This document shows, one piece after another, positions 37,909 through 47,714 of a stretch of 64,000 nt of DNA. This stretch comes from Vicinamibacterales bacterium (GTDB lineage Bacteria; Acidobacteriota; Vicinamibacteria; Vicinamibacterales; CAVVIG01): NCBI GenBank assembly GCA_050249955.1, contig JBFWPN010000009.1, positions 126,529-190,528 of the forward strand. The letters run 5' to 3'. The notes below the pieces were generated by a model that had not been told where the DNA came from, made no database searches, and was given only the letters and a program-made list of their open reading frames with translations. A program made the position numbers and the translations under genes. Each line of letters opens with the position of its first letter. Position 1 is the stretch's first letter.

Positions 37909-39429
37909 ATGGATACCGCCATGACTCTCGCCAGGTTCACAGGTCCGGCCGCTGCCCTTGCGCTGCTCGCGGGTCTCTCTGCCGCCTGCTCGGGTGGGGC
38001 GGCCACCACCGCCACCTCCACGTCGGATGCACGCGGTCCGGCTGTCGAGGCGCTCGAGAAGGCCAGGGTGCTCGACCGCCTGGCGCAGGCCATCCCGGCG
38101 TCGAACGGCCAGGCACCCAGCTTCGTCGTCGACCCGGCCTGGCCGAAGCCGCTGCCGCACAACTGGATCATCGGGGACGTCGGCGGCCTCTTCGTCGATC
38201 ACAAGGACCACATCTGGGTGTACCACCGGCCGCGTTCGCTCAGTTCCACCGACAGTGGCGCGCAGGGCGTTGCCGGCAAGGACGCGAAGGGCAACCCGAT
38301 CAGCGCCCTCGGCTTCCGTCGTCCGTACGGTCCGCTGTCAGGCTGCTGCGTCCCGGCGCCGTCGGTCCTCGAGTTCGACAAGGAGGGGAACCTGATTCAG
38401 GCGTGGGGCGGCCCCGCGGACGCTGGCTACCTCGACTCGAAGTGCCGCGTGCAGGACGGCTGCACCTGGCCGGCACGCGAGCATGGCATCTTCGTCGACC
38501 ACAACGACTTCGTCTACGTCTCGGGCAACGGCCAGGCGGTCAACTTCCACGGGCAGTTCCCCTGGGCGCCGAACTTCGGGAACGACTCGCACGTGCTGAA
38601 GTTCAAGCGCGACGGCACGTTCGTCTACCAGATCGGCACGCCGGGCGCGAAGGGCCCGAACAGCAACGACACCAGCGGCGGCATCAACGGCACGCCGCAG
38701 CCCTACCTCGTGGCCGACATGAACGTCGACCCGAAGACGAACCTGCTCTACATCGCCGACGGGTACGGCAACCGCCGCGTGCTGATCGTGGACGCCGCCA
38801 CCGGCAAGTACGTCGGTCACTTCGGCGCCTACGGCGCCAATCCGGTGGTGGACGATCCCGGCGCCTCGGTCGAAGGGGAAGGGGTCGGTAACTGGGCCGC
38901 CGACTACGCGAGCGGAAAGACGCAGCCGATCAACTTCCGCAGCCCGCTGCACTGCGCGAAACTCGCCAGCGACGGCCTCCTGTATGTCTGTGATCGCGGC
39001 AACAACCGGGTCCAGATCTTCAAGGCGGCCGATGCCGGGAAGCCCTGCGCGAACCCGAACAAGGAAGCGGGCACGTGCGGCTACGTCGGCGAAATCCTCG
39101 TGGCGCCACAGACCTCCGCCGGCACCTCGGGGCAGGTGAACTTCTCCACTGATCCGCAACAGAGCTGCCTGTTCGTGGCGGACCTGACGAATGACGTGAT
39201 CTACGCCATCAACCGGGCCAACAACCACGAAGTGGCCAGGTTCGGGACCGGCGGTCGCCAGGCCGGCCAGTTCCACTGGCCGCACGTCGTGGGCACCGAC
39301 TCGGAAGGGAATCTCTACACCGGCGAGGTGGACGGCGCCGCACGGGTCCAGAAGTTCCTGCGCTACGGCCCCGCCGGCTGCACCGGAACGGGCAGCGCCG
39401 AGGTGGGCAAGTACCTCCCCACGAACTGA
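37909..39429 (+). CDS. NHL-repeat lipoprotein (lyase-like beta-propeller)
   Basis: Lipobox LSAAC; FVVDPAWPKPLP, ADGYGNRRV, YVCDRGNNRVQ, GQFHWPH, DSEGNLYTGEV. Confidence 0.8.
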   Translation: MDTAMTLARFTGPAAALALLAGLSAACSGGAATTATSTSDARGPAVEALEKARVLDRLAQAIPASNGQAPSFVVDPAWPKPLPHNWIIGDVGGLFVDHKDHIWVYHRPRSLSSTDSGAQGVAGKDAKGNPISALGFRRPYGPLSGCCVPAPSVLEFDKEGNLIQAWGGPADAGYLDSKCRVQDGCTWPAREHGIFVDHNDFVYVSGNGQAVNFHGQFPWAPNFGNDSHVLKFKRDGTFVYQIGTPGAKGPNSNDTSGGINGTPQPYLVADMNVDPKTNLLYIADGYGNRRVLIVDAATGKYVGHFGAYGANPVVDDPGASVEGEGVGNWAADYASGKTQPINFRSPLHCAKLASDGLLYVCDRGNNRVQIFKAADAGKPCANPNKEAGTCGYVGEILVAPQTSAGTSGQVNFSTDPQQSCLFVADLTNDVIYAINRANNHEVARFGTGGRQAGQFHWPHVVGTDSEGNLYTGEVDGAARVQKFLRYGPAGCTGTGSAEVGKYLPTN

Positions 39430-39443
39430 ATCGGCCGGTACGA

Positions 39444-39484
39444 CCGGGCGGCTGCGGCCGCCCGGCATCCCCGCAGTCGGGGAT
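39444..39484 (+). terminator. Two tandem GC-rich hairpins after the TonB/PQQ/NHL operon
   Basis: CCGGGCGGC-tgcg-GCCGCCCGG (39444-39465) and ATCCCCG-cagt-CGGGGAT (39467-39484); no clear U-tract. Confidence 0.4.
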
Positions 39485-39567
39485 TGACCTTCGGCATTCC
39501 CCTCGCCACACTGCGCACGTCCCTGGCCCGGCAGCCCGGGCCTGTGTCAGTACGAGGGGGTCCGAAC

Positions 39568-40248
39568 ATGCGCAAGGCGACAGTGGTGGCACGGCCGGAC
39601 GATCCGGTCGTGGCGAGGTCCCAGCGTGCGATGATTCGCGTCCTGTGTGTCGACGACCACCCGCTCGTGCTCGAGGGTGTCGCGCGCAAGATCGGCCGGC
39701 AGCCCGACATGCGCGTCATCGGCACGACCGCCCGCGGCGAGGATGCGGTCCGCCTGTACGAGCACCACCGACCGGACGTGGTGCTCATGGACCTCCAGCT
39801 CCAGGGGATGAGCGGGCTGAAGGCCATCCAGGCGATCCGCCTCCACGACCCCGAGGCCCGCATCGTCGTCCTCACGATGTACAGCGGGGACGAAGACATC
39901 TACCGCGCCCTCCAGGCTGGGGCCGCCAGCTACGTTCTCAAGGAGTCGCTCACCAGCGACCTGGTGGCCATCGTCAGGCAGGTGCACGACGGCGCGCGCC
40001 CGATTCCGGCCTCCGTCGCTTCGCGGCTCGCGGCGCGCGAAGCGTCGGCCTCCCTCTCCAGCCGCGAGATCGAGGTGCTCGAGCTGGTGGCGAAGGGCAT
40101 GCGGAACAAGGAGATCGCCGCGGCGCTCGGCGTGTCGCAGGAGACCGTGCAGACGCACATGAAGCGGGTCTTCGTGAAGCTCGGGGTCAACGACCGCACC
40201 GCTGCCGTCACGGTGGCGCTCACGCGCGGCATCGTCCACCTGCACTGA
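39568..40248 (+). CDS. NarL/LuxR-family response regulator
   Basis: VDDHP, DVVLMDL, VLTM, YVLK; HTH LSSREIEVL...NKEIAAAL..S.ETVQTH. Alternative start at 39631. Confidence 0.92.
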   Translation: MRKATVVARPDDPVVARSQRAMIRVLCVDDHPLVLEGVARKIGRQPDMRVIGTTARGEDAVRLYEHHRPDVVLMDLQLQGMSGLKAIQAIRLHDPEARIVVLTMYSGDEDIYRALQAGAASYVLKESLTSDLVAIVRQVHDGARPIPASVASRLAAREASASLSSREIEVLELVAKGMRNKEIAAALGVSQETVQTHMKRVFVKLGVNDRTAAVTVALTRGIVHLH

Positions 40249-40249
40249 C

Positions 40250-43246
40250 ATGGCGAACCGGAGGAACGGCGTGCGCGCGATCGTGCTGGCGTGCGTGCTC
40301 GGGGCCGCCATCGACGCCGTACAGCCAGCCCGGGCCGGCGCGGCATCGTCGGTGAAGCGGCTCTCGGAATACTCCCTCACCAACTGGAACGAGGAGGACG
40401 GGCCGTTTCCCTTCGGTGTGCTCTGCATCGCCCAGGACCGCGACGGCTATCTCTGGCTGGGCGGCCGCACGGGGCTGATCCGCTTCGACGGCAGCACCTT
40501 CGAGGTATGGCACGGGTCGGCGCCGCTGCCCGCCGAACGGCTCTCGTCGCTGATCGCCACGCGTGACGGCGCCCTGTGGCTCGGGTTCGGGACCATGGGC
40601 GCCGTGACGCAGATCCGTGACGGCGCCGTCCGCACGTTCGGCGTGTCCGACGGTCTCGCCGGCGGACCGGTGAGCGTCGTCTACGAGGACCTCGACGGCA
40701 CCATCTGGGTTGGCAGTTACAACGGCCTCTCGCAGTACCGCGACGGCGCGTGGACCACGTTCGAGAAGGCCGGCGTGCCGGCCGAGCCGGTCTCGGCCAT
40801 CCTGCGCGACCGCCGTGGCGCCCTGTGGGTCGGCACGCCCGCAGGCCTCTACCGGCAGCCGGCGGCCGGCGCGCCCTTCGCGAGGATCGACCACGAACCG
40901 GTGGCGGCGCTTGCGCAGGACCAGGCCGGCGCGATCTGGGGCTCGGATCGCGCGGTCGGCTTCCGGTTGCTGGACGGCACTCCAGCCTTTCGCGACCCGC
41001 AGCCGCCCTCGACCCACGCGGGTGCCGGACGCGGGCTGCTGGTCGATCGTGCCGGTTCGCTGTGGGTCACGACCCGAGGTGCCGGGCTGATGCGCCTGGC
41101 CGACGGTCGCCTCGAGCGCCTCAGCCACGTCGACGGCCTCGGCAGCGACGACGTGCGCGATGTCTTCGAGGATCGCGACGGCATCATCTGGATTGCGACG
41201 CGGCGGGGCCTCAGCCGGCTCACCGAGCGCAGCATCCGATCGTTCACCATCGCGCCCGCGCGCGATGCGTTCGTTTACGCCGTCGCCAGCACGCGCGACG
41301 GCAGCGTGTGGACGGCCACCGCCGACGGGCTGGCGCGCACGCGCGACGGGCGCGACGAGCTGTTCGGCACCGGGCAGGGGCTGCCGGCCGGCATTGTCAC
41401 TGCGCTGCACGAGGATGCCGGCGGTGTGCTGTGGGTTGCCACCACGCGGGGCCTCGCCCGGTGGTCGGGCGCGCGGTTCGAGCCGCTGGCGACCGGCGCC
41501 GAGGAACTCCGGTCGGTCGGCTCCATGACGAGCGACCGCCGTGGGCGCATCTGGATCTGCGACCAGTCGAAAGGGCTGTTCATCTGGGACCACGGCATGC
41601 TGACCCGCCCCGCCTGGTCGCCGCGCGACCGCAAGGTGCCGTACTCGATCCATGCCGACTCCATCGATCGCGTGTGGGTCGGCTTCTGGGACACCGGCGT
41701 CGCGATGTTCGACCCGGACGGCCGCGTGACGCTGCACACGGTCGGCGACGGCGTGCCCGAAGGGGGCGTCGCGGTCATCCACGAAGACCGCGCCGGGCGC
41801 ATCTGGGTGGGCACCGAGCGCGGCGTGGCCGTATTCGAAGGGACGTCGTTCCAACCGCTGCCTGCCGGCGGCCTGCCCGAGTCGGCCTATGTCTCCGTGG
41901 TCGAGGACCGGCAGGGATTCATCTGGCTGGCGTCCGGGACCGGGCTCCTGCGGCTCAGCCCGCGCGAACTGGAGCGGGCATCCAGCAATCCCGGATACCG
42001 GCTGCAGTACACGCTCTACGGAGCCGACGACGGGTTGAACGGGCGGGCGAGCCGGCCGGGGATGCCGAGCGCGGCGGTGCGGGCGGACGGAAGCCTGCTC
42101 TTCGTCACGTCGGCAGGGGTCGCGCTCGTCGACCCCGAGCACCTGCGCGAGCGCCCCTCGGCCGGTCGCGTGCGGATCGAGCGGATCGTCGCCGATGGCC
42201 AGGTGATGGATGCCTCCGCGCCAATCACCCTGCCGCCGCGAACCTCGCGCCTGCAGGTCGACTACTCGACCCTCAGCCTGGCCGGGGTGTCGAAGGCGCG
42301 GTTCCGTTACCGGCTCGACGGATTCGACAGCGACTGGAACGAGGTGGGCGACCGGCGCCAGGCGCTCTACACGAACCTGCCGCCCGGCAACTTCACGTTC
42401 CGCGTCGTCACCGCCGACGACGTCGGATGGAACGCGTCGGGGGCCATGGTCGGCGTGGCGGTGAGGCCGGCCTTCTACCAGCGTCCGGCGTTCTATGCGG
42501 GTGCCGTGCTGCTCGTGGGCGCCGGCATCTGGGCGGCATGGATCCTCCGGCTGCGGCACGTCCGCCGGCAGTACAGCCTGATCCTGGCCGAGCGGGCCCG
42601 GATGGGGCGCGAACTGCACGACACGCTGCTCCAGAGCCTCGTCGGCGTGGCGCTCGAGTTCGACGACATTGCCGAGCAGCTCGATCCCGAGGCCTCGCCG
42701 CTGCGGCGCCAGGTGGCGCAGGTGCGCCAGCGGGTGGAGCACTACATCCGCGAGGCGCGACATTCGATCTGGAACCTGCGGTCGCCCACACTCGAGACCA
42801 AGGACCTGGCATCGGCCCTCCGGGAAGCCGGCGAACTGTGCGCCACCCACCAGGGCATCGACTTCCGCTTCACCGTCACGGGCCGTCCGGTGCGGATGGA
42901 CGCCACCCTGGAGGAGCAGTTCCTGCGCATCGGGCAGGAGGCGGTGAACAACGCCGTCCGCCACGCGCAGCCCGACACGGTCCGCATGGCCCTCCACTAC
43001 GGTGCCGACGCCACGTCGCTGACCATCGAAGACGACGGGTGCGGGTTCGATGTGGGTGGTGCCTCGCATGCGACCGACCACTGGGGGCTGACGACGATGC
43101 GCGAACGGGCCCGGCAGGTGCAGGCCCGCTTCACGCTCTTCAGCGAGGTGGGCGTGGGGACGACCGTGACCGTGATTGTGCCGCGCCCCGAGCGGCGGGC
43201 GCAGTGGCTGCGCGCCAGCATCGGGCGGGCCGAGCCGCAGGCATAG
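40250..43246 (+). CDS. Beta-propeller (Reg_prop/Y_Y_Y) sensor histidine kinase, HisKA_3 type
   Basis: Repeated D.DG.LW.GT..GL units, FRYRLDG.D..W, YTNLPPG, ERARMGRELHDTL, EAVNNAVRHA, DDGCGF. Confidence 0.92.
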   Translation: MANRRNGVRAIVLACVLGAAIDAVQPARAGAASSVKRLSEYSLTNWNEEDGPFPFGVLCIAQDRDGYLWLGGRTGLIRFDGSTFEVWHGSAPLPAERLSSLIATRDGALWLGFGTMGAVTQIRDGAVRTFGVSDGLAGGPVSVVYEDLDGTIWVGSYNGLSQYRDGAWTTFEKAGVPAEPVSAILRDRRGALWVGTPAGLYRQPAAGAPFARIDHEPVAALAQDQAGAIWGSDRAVGFRLLDGTPAFRDPQPPSTHAGAGRGLLVDRAGSLWVTTRGAGLMRLADGRLERLSHVDGLGSDDVRDVFEDRDGIIWIATRRGLSRLTERSIRSFTIAPARDAFVYAVASTRDGSVWTATADGLARTRDGRDELFGTGQGLPAGIVTALHEDAGGVLWVATTRGLARWSGARFEPLATGAEELRSVGSMTSDRRGRIWICDQSKGLFIWDHGMLTRPAWSPRDRKVPYSIHADSIDRVWVGFWDTGVAMFDPDGRVTLHTVGDGVPEGGVAVIHEDRAGRIWVGTERGVAVFEGTSFQPLPAGGLPESAYVSVVEDRQGFIWLASGTGLLRLSPRELERASSNPGYRLQYTLYGADDGLNGRASRPGMPSAAVRADGSLLFVTSAGVALVDPEHLRERPSAGRVRIERIVADGQVMDASAPITLPPRTSRLQVDYSTLSLAGVSKARFRYRLDGFDSDWNEVGDRRQALYTNLPPGNFTFRVVTADDVGWNASGAMVGVAVRPAFYQRPAFYAGAVLLVGAGIWAAWILRLRHVRRQYSLILAERARMGRELHDTLLQSLVGVALEFDDIAEQLDPEASPLRRQVAQVRQRVEHYIREARHSIWNLRSPTLETKDLASALREAGELCATHQGIDFRFTVTGRPVRMDATLEEQFLRIGQEAVNNAVRHAQPDTVRMALHYGADATSLTIEDDGCGFDVGGASHATDHWGLTTMRERARQVQARFTLFSEVGVGTTVTVIVPRPERRAQWLRASIGRAEPQA

Positions 43247-43349
43247 GCACCCCGGCGTATCACCCGAGTTGGGGAGCACGACGACCTGCGGCGGCGATGT
43301 ATGCTCACCCGCCATGCCCGCGCGGCATGGCGTGTTCGAGGAGGATGAG

Positions 43350-45500
43350 ATGTTCCGACCGAAGAGGGCCTGGACGGCTGCCATCCTGGCCGGGCTGCTG
43401 GCGACGGCCGTGTCGATTGCGGCGCAGAACGGTGCGGGCCAGGTGACCACGACCGATGGCGGGCAATGGCCGTACCTCGGCGGGAGTGCCAGCCACACCC
43501 GGTTCTCCCCGCTGAACCAGATCAACGCGTCCAACTTCGACAGGCTGAAGGTGGCCTGGGTCTTCCGCGGCGACAACTTCGGCCCCGGGCTCGAGTTCAC
43601 GGCGCGTGCCACGCCGGTCTTCGTCGACGGCACCCTGTATACCGTGATGGGACAGCGCCGGCAGGTCGTGGCCATCGACGCGTCGAGCGGCGAGACCAGG
43701 TGGACGTTCCGCGAGCCGGAGACGAGCCGCTACTACCGCTCGCCCCGCACCGACTTCGGCAAGGGCGTGGCGTACGCAAAGGTGGACGGTCGCGGCGTGA
43801 TCTTCATCTCCACGCCGGCGTTCTTCCTCTGGGCGCTCGATGCCGAGACCGGGCGCCCGCTCGAGAACTGGGGCAACCGGCCGGTGCCGCTGAAGGGCTT
43901 CCCGAAGAGCGGTGCCATCGACATGATCCCCGACCTGGTGGCCGACTGGGAGCCGTGGAAGACCTGGAAGGGGGAGCCCTACGATCCCGATTACGGCCTG
44001 CCGCGCAAGCTCGGCGAGATCACCAGCTCGTCGCCGCCCATCGTGGTCAACGGTGTCGTCGTGGTGCTGTCGGGGCATGAGCCGAGCTACGACCAGACGC
44101 GCATCGAGAACGTGCCGGCCGACATCCAGGGCTACGACGCGAAGACCGGCAAGCACCTGTGGAAGTTCCACGTGATCCCGCGCGCGGGCGAGTTCGGCAA
44201 CGACACGTGGGAGAAGGACTCGTGGAAGTGGTCGGGCAACATCGCCAACTGGGCGCCTGCCGCGGCCGACCCCGAGCGCGGGCTCGTCTACATCGTGACC
44301 AACGCGTCGACCTACCAGTTCTACACGGGGCACCGCCCCGGGTACAACCTGTTCGGCGGCAGCATCCTCGCGCTCGACGTGAAGACCGGCAGGCGCAAGT
44401 GGCACTTCCAGGTGCACCACAGCGAGCAGTGGAACTACGACATCCCGACCGCGCCGATGCTGATGGACCTGACGGTGAACGGGAAGAAGATCCCGGCGCT
44501 CGTGCAGAACACCAAGCAGGGGCTCATCTTCGCGCTGAACCGCGAGACCGGTGAGCCGATCTGGCCGATCGAGGAACGCCCGGTCATGCAGACCGAGGTG
44601 CCCGGGAACTACACGGCTCCGACCCAGCCCTACCCGACACGGCCCGAGCCGGCGGACAAGATCGTCCTCACCGGCATCACGGACGAGTACGTGCTCGACT
44701 ACACGCCCGAGCTGAAGCAGAACGCGAAGGAGGCGCTGTCGCGCTTCCGCATCGGCGGCCTCTACGTGCCGCCGTTGCCGTACCCGCACACGAACACGTT
44801 CGTGAACAACGTGGGCTGCGTGGGCGGCCTGAACATCTACCATCCGCCGACGGCCGATCCGACGACCAACATCATGTACGTCCCGCATGCGCGGAGCTGC
44901 AGCGCACCGACCTACCTCGTGCCCACCAACGGCAAGGACGAGGAGCGCACCGAGTTCGCGGGCAAGAGCGAGGAGGCCTGGCGCGGCCGCGACCGCGTGA
45001 CGCCCACCACCGGCACCACCGTGGCCGCCTACAAGCAGGGGGGGCCACGCACCGGCACCCTGCCGCTCATCGACGGCCTGCCGGTCTACAAGCCGCTCTT
45101 CCAGGGGCTTGCCGCCTACGACATGAACACGGGTGAGAAGCTCTGGGACATCCCGGTGGGCAAGACGCCCGCGCGCATCCGCAACAACCCGGCGCTGAAG
45201 GGGGTCGACCTCTCGGCGACCGGTGGTACCGGCAACTCCATCCAGATGGTGATGGGCGACCTGCTGGTGCAGACCTCTGAAGATCTGCGGGGCGAGGCCG
45301 AGTCCGACGAGAAGGGCAATGCGCTGCTGCACGCCCGCGACAAGCGGACCGGGCAGATCCTCAAGAGCGTGCCGCTGCCCGTACCTGGGCAGTACGGCAT
45401 GATGACCTTCATGCACGCCGGCAAGCAGTACATTGTCGTGCAGGCGGGCAGTGCGCGTCGCAACCAGCCCGGTGCGCTGATTGCCCTGACGCTGCAATAG
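43350..45500 (+). CDS. PQQ-dependent dehydrogenase (second paralogue), secreted
   Basis: WPYLGG...RFSPLNQI, ATPV, SSPP, GYNLFGGSILALD, WHFQVHH..WNYD, MTF...GKQYI. Confidence 0.87.
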   Translation: MFRPKRAWTAAILAGLLATAVSIAAQNGAGQVTTTDGGQWPYLGGSASHTRFSPLNQINASNFDRLKVAWVFRGDNFGPGLEFTARATPVFVDGTLYTVMGQRRQVVAIDASSGETRWTFREPETSRYYRSPRTDFGKGVAYAKVDGRGVIFISTPAFFLWALDAETGRPLENWGNRPVPLKGFPKSGAIDMIPDLVADWEPWKTWKGEPYDPDYGLPRKLGEITSSSPPIVVNGVVVVLSGHEPSYDQTRIENVPADIQGYDAKTGKHLWKFHVIPRAGEFGNDTWEKDSWKWSGNIANWAPAAADPERGLVYIVTNASTYQFYTGHRPGYNLFGGSILALDVKTGRRKWHFQVHHSEQWNYDIPTAPMLMDLTVNGKKIPALVQNTKQGLIFALNRETGEPIWPIEERPVMQTEVPGNYTAPTQPYPTRPEPADKIVLTGITDEYVLDYTPELKQNAKEALSRFRIGGLYVPPLPYPHTNTFVNNVGCVGGLNIYHPPTADPTTNIMYVPHARSCSAPTYLVPTNGKDEERTEFAGKSEEAWRGRDRVTPTTGTTVAAYKQGGPRTGTLPLIDGLPVYKPLFQGLAAYDMNTGEKLWDIPVGKTPARIRNNPALKGVDLSATGGTGNSIQMVMGDLLVQTSEDLRGEAESDEKGNALLHARDKRTGQILKSVPLPVPGQYGMMTFMHAGKQYIVVQAGSARRNQPGALIALTLQ

Positions 45501-45514
45501 GCACTTCGATGTAA

Positions 45515-45555
45515 GGCAGGAAGGCCCGTATGCCGCGGTGTGCGGCCTTCCTGTC
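45515..45555 (+). terminator. Long hairpin downstream of the PQQ dehydrogenase gene
   Basis: CAGGAAGGCC (45517-45526) pairs with GGCCTTCCTG (45544-45553), with further G-U pairing inside. Confidence 0.45.
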
Positions 45556-45652
45556 CCGCCTTCGTCCGTCCTCTCCCATCCCCGCAGTCCTCACGCATTT
45601 TCTGTGCAACGGCCCGACACTGGCCGCTGGGTGGCGCGCTAGAGTTGAAGGC

Positions 45653-47683
45653 ATGTCGAACGTGCTCATGACCGAGTGGACGGGCCCCTATGGCGGCGTG
45701 CCGCCGTGGGACCGGGTGAAAGCGGAAGACTTTCCCGAGGCCATCGCCGCGGCGGTTGACGATGAGCGGCAGGCGGTGGCGCGGATCGCGGCGAACCCCG
45801 AGCCGCCCACCTTCGAGAACACGCTGGTGGCACTCGAGCGCTGCGGGCGCATGAAGGACCGCGTGCTGCGCCTCTTCGCCGTGATGCGGCAGAACATGAG
45901 CACGCCCGCCTATCGAGCGCTCGAGCGCGAGTGGCAGCCGCGGCTGGCCGCCGCGTCGCACGCGATCCTGTTCATGCCGGGGCTGTTCGAACGGATCGAC
46001 GCGGTGCATGCCTCACAGGGGGCGGCGCGGCTGAAGCCGGAGCAGGCGCGGCTCGTGTCGCGTGTGCACGACCATTTCGTGCGGTCGGGTGCGCGGCTGC
46101 AGGGGCCCGACCGCGATCGCCTCTCGGCCGTGAAGCAGGAACTGGCGGCCCTGTACGCGGACTTCCGCGGCCGCGTGATGGCCGACGAGAACACGTGGAC
46201 GCTGCTCACCTCGCCGCAGGACCTGGAAGGGCTGCCCGCGGCACTGGTGGCTGCGGCCGCCCAGGCGGCGCGCGAACGGGGGCTCGAGGGCTGGGCCATC
46301 CTGAACACCCGGTCGAGCGTCGATCCCTTCCTCACGTTCTCGTCCAGGCGCGACCTTCGCAGGGCGGTCTGGACCCGCTTCAAGTCGCGCGGCGACAACG
46401 GCGACGCGCACGACACCAACGCCATCATCACGGCCATCGTCCGCCTGCGTGCCGAGCGGGTGCGGCTGCTGGGCTATCGGTCGCACGCCCACTGGCAGAT
46501 GGCCGACTCGATGGCAGGCGACCCGGACAATGCCAGGGCACTGCTCATGAAGGTGTGGCCCGCGGCCGTGGCGCGCGTGCGGCATGAAGTCGAGCAGATG
46601 CAGGTGCAGGCCACGAAGGACGACCCGGCCCTGCGCATCGAGCCGTGGGACTACCTGTATTACGCCGAGCGTGTCCGCAGGCACGAGTACGCGATCGACG
46701 TCGCCGAGCTCAGCCCCTACTTCGAACTGGGGCGCATGCTCGACGCCGCGATGTGGTCGGCTGAGCAGCGCTACGGCGTTGCCTTCCGCGAGATCAGCGG
46801 CACCGTGCCGGTGTTCCACCCCGACGTGCGGGTGTGGGAGGTGATCGACGTGCCTTCGGGCGGGCATCGCGGCCTCTTCTACTTCGACACCTTCGCGCGC
46901 AGCGGCAAGCGCTCAGGGGCGTGGGCCTCGAGCTATCGCGAGCAGCAGCGGCTCGACGGCCCCGTCACGCCCATTGCCTCGAACAACAACAACTTCCTGA
47001 AGGCGGCACCCGGCGAACCGGTCCTGGTGTCGCTGGACGACGTGCGGACCCTGTTTCACGAGTTCGGTCATTCGCTGCACGCACTCCTGCAGGACGTGAC
47101 CTACCCGTCACTGGCCGGCACGCCGCGCGATTTCGTGGAACTGCCGTCACAGATCAACGAGCAGTGGGTGTTCACCCGCGAACTCCTCGATCGCTTCGCC
47201 CGCCACTACCGCACTGGTGAGCCGCTGCCGCGGCACCTCATCGAGAAGGTGAAGGCGTCGGAAACCCTGGGGCAGGGCTACAAGACGGTGGAGGCGGTGT
47301 CAGCGGCGATTCTCGACGTCGAGCTGCACACCCGGGTCGATGGTGCCTTCGAGCCACAGGCGTTCGAGCGCGAGATGCTCGCGCAGATCGGGATGCCGCC
47401 CGAGATCGCCCTGCGGCACCGGTTGCCGCATTTCGACCACCTGTTCGGGAGCGATGGCTACTCGGGCCTGTATTACAGCTACCTGTGGGCGGACGTCATG
47501 GCGGCCGACGGCTGGCAGGCGTTCCTCGAAGGGGGCGGACCCTGGAGCCAGGAAGTGGCCAGCCGCTTCCGGCGCCACATCCTGTCCGACGGCAACAGCA
47601 TCGACCGGGCGGAGGCCTATCGCCGGTTCCGCGGGCGCGACCCCGAGGTGGACGCGCTCCTCAAGGAGCGCGGGTTGGTCTAG
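45653..47683 (+). CDS. M3-family metallopeptidase (peptidyl-dipeptidase Dcp-like)
   Basis: PTFENT, KRSGAW, TLFHEFGHSLH, RDFVELPSQ..E, YYSYLWA, YRRFRGRDP. Confidence 0.92.
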   Translation: MSNVLMTEWTGPYGGVPPWDRVKAEDFPEAIAAAVDDERQAVARIAANPEPPTFENTLVALERCGRMKDRVLRLFAVMRQNMSTPAYRALEREWQPRLAAASHAILFMPGLFERIDAVHASQGAARLKPEQARLVSRVHDHFVRSGARLQGPDRDRLSAVKQELAALYADFRGRVMADENTWTLLTSPQDLEGLPAALVAAAAQAARERGLEGWAILNTRSSVDPFLTFSSRRDLRRAVWTRFKSRGDNGDAHDTNAIITAIVRLRAERVRLLGYRSHAHWQMADSMAGDPDNARALLMKVWPAAVARVRHEVEQMQVQATKDDPALRIEPWDYLYYAERVRRHEYAIDVAELSPYFELGRMLDAAMWSAEQRYGVAFREISGTVPVFHPDVRVWEVIDVPSGGHRGLFYFDTFARSGKRSGAWASSYREQQRLDGPVTPIASNNNNFLKAAPGEPVLVSLDDVRTLFHEFGHSLHALLQDVTYPSLAGTPRDFVELPSQINEQWVFTRELLDRFARHYRTGEPLPRHLIEKVKASETLGQGYKTVEAVSAAILDVELHTRVDGAFEPQAFEREMLAQIGMPPEIALRHRLPHFDHLFGSDGYSGLYYSYLWADVMAADGWQAFLEGGGPWSQEVASRFRRHILSDGNSIDRAEAYRRFRGRDPEVDALLKERGLV

Positions 47684-47689
47684 AGCCGC

Positions 47690-47713
47690 GCCGGGAGGCT
47701 CCGGTCTCCCGGC
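47690..47713. terminator. Hairpin between the convergent M3 peptidase and MFS genes
   Basis: GCCGGGAG (47690-47697) pairs with CTCCCGGC (47706-47713). Confidence 0.45.
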
Positions 47714-47714
47714 C

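Noticed and set aside
40400..42150. Repeated sequence units that might suggest a DNA repeat array
   Set aside because: They are protein-level beta-propeller repeats of the sensor kinase, not CRISPR or tandem DNA repeats.
40220..45497. Long antisense ORFs (1151 aa and 730 aa) opposite the kinase and PQQ genes
   Set aside because: Typical high-GC antisense open frames; the sense genes carry all the recognisable motifs.
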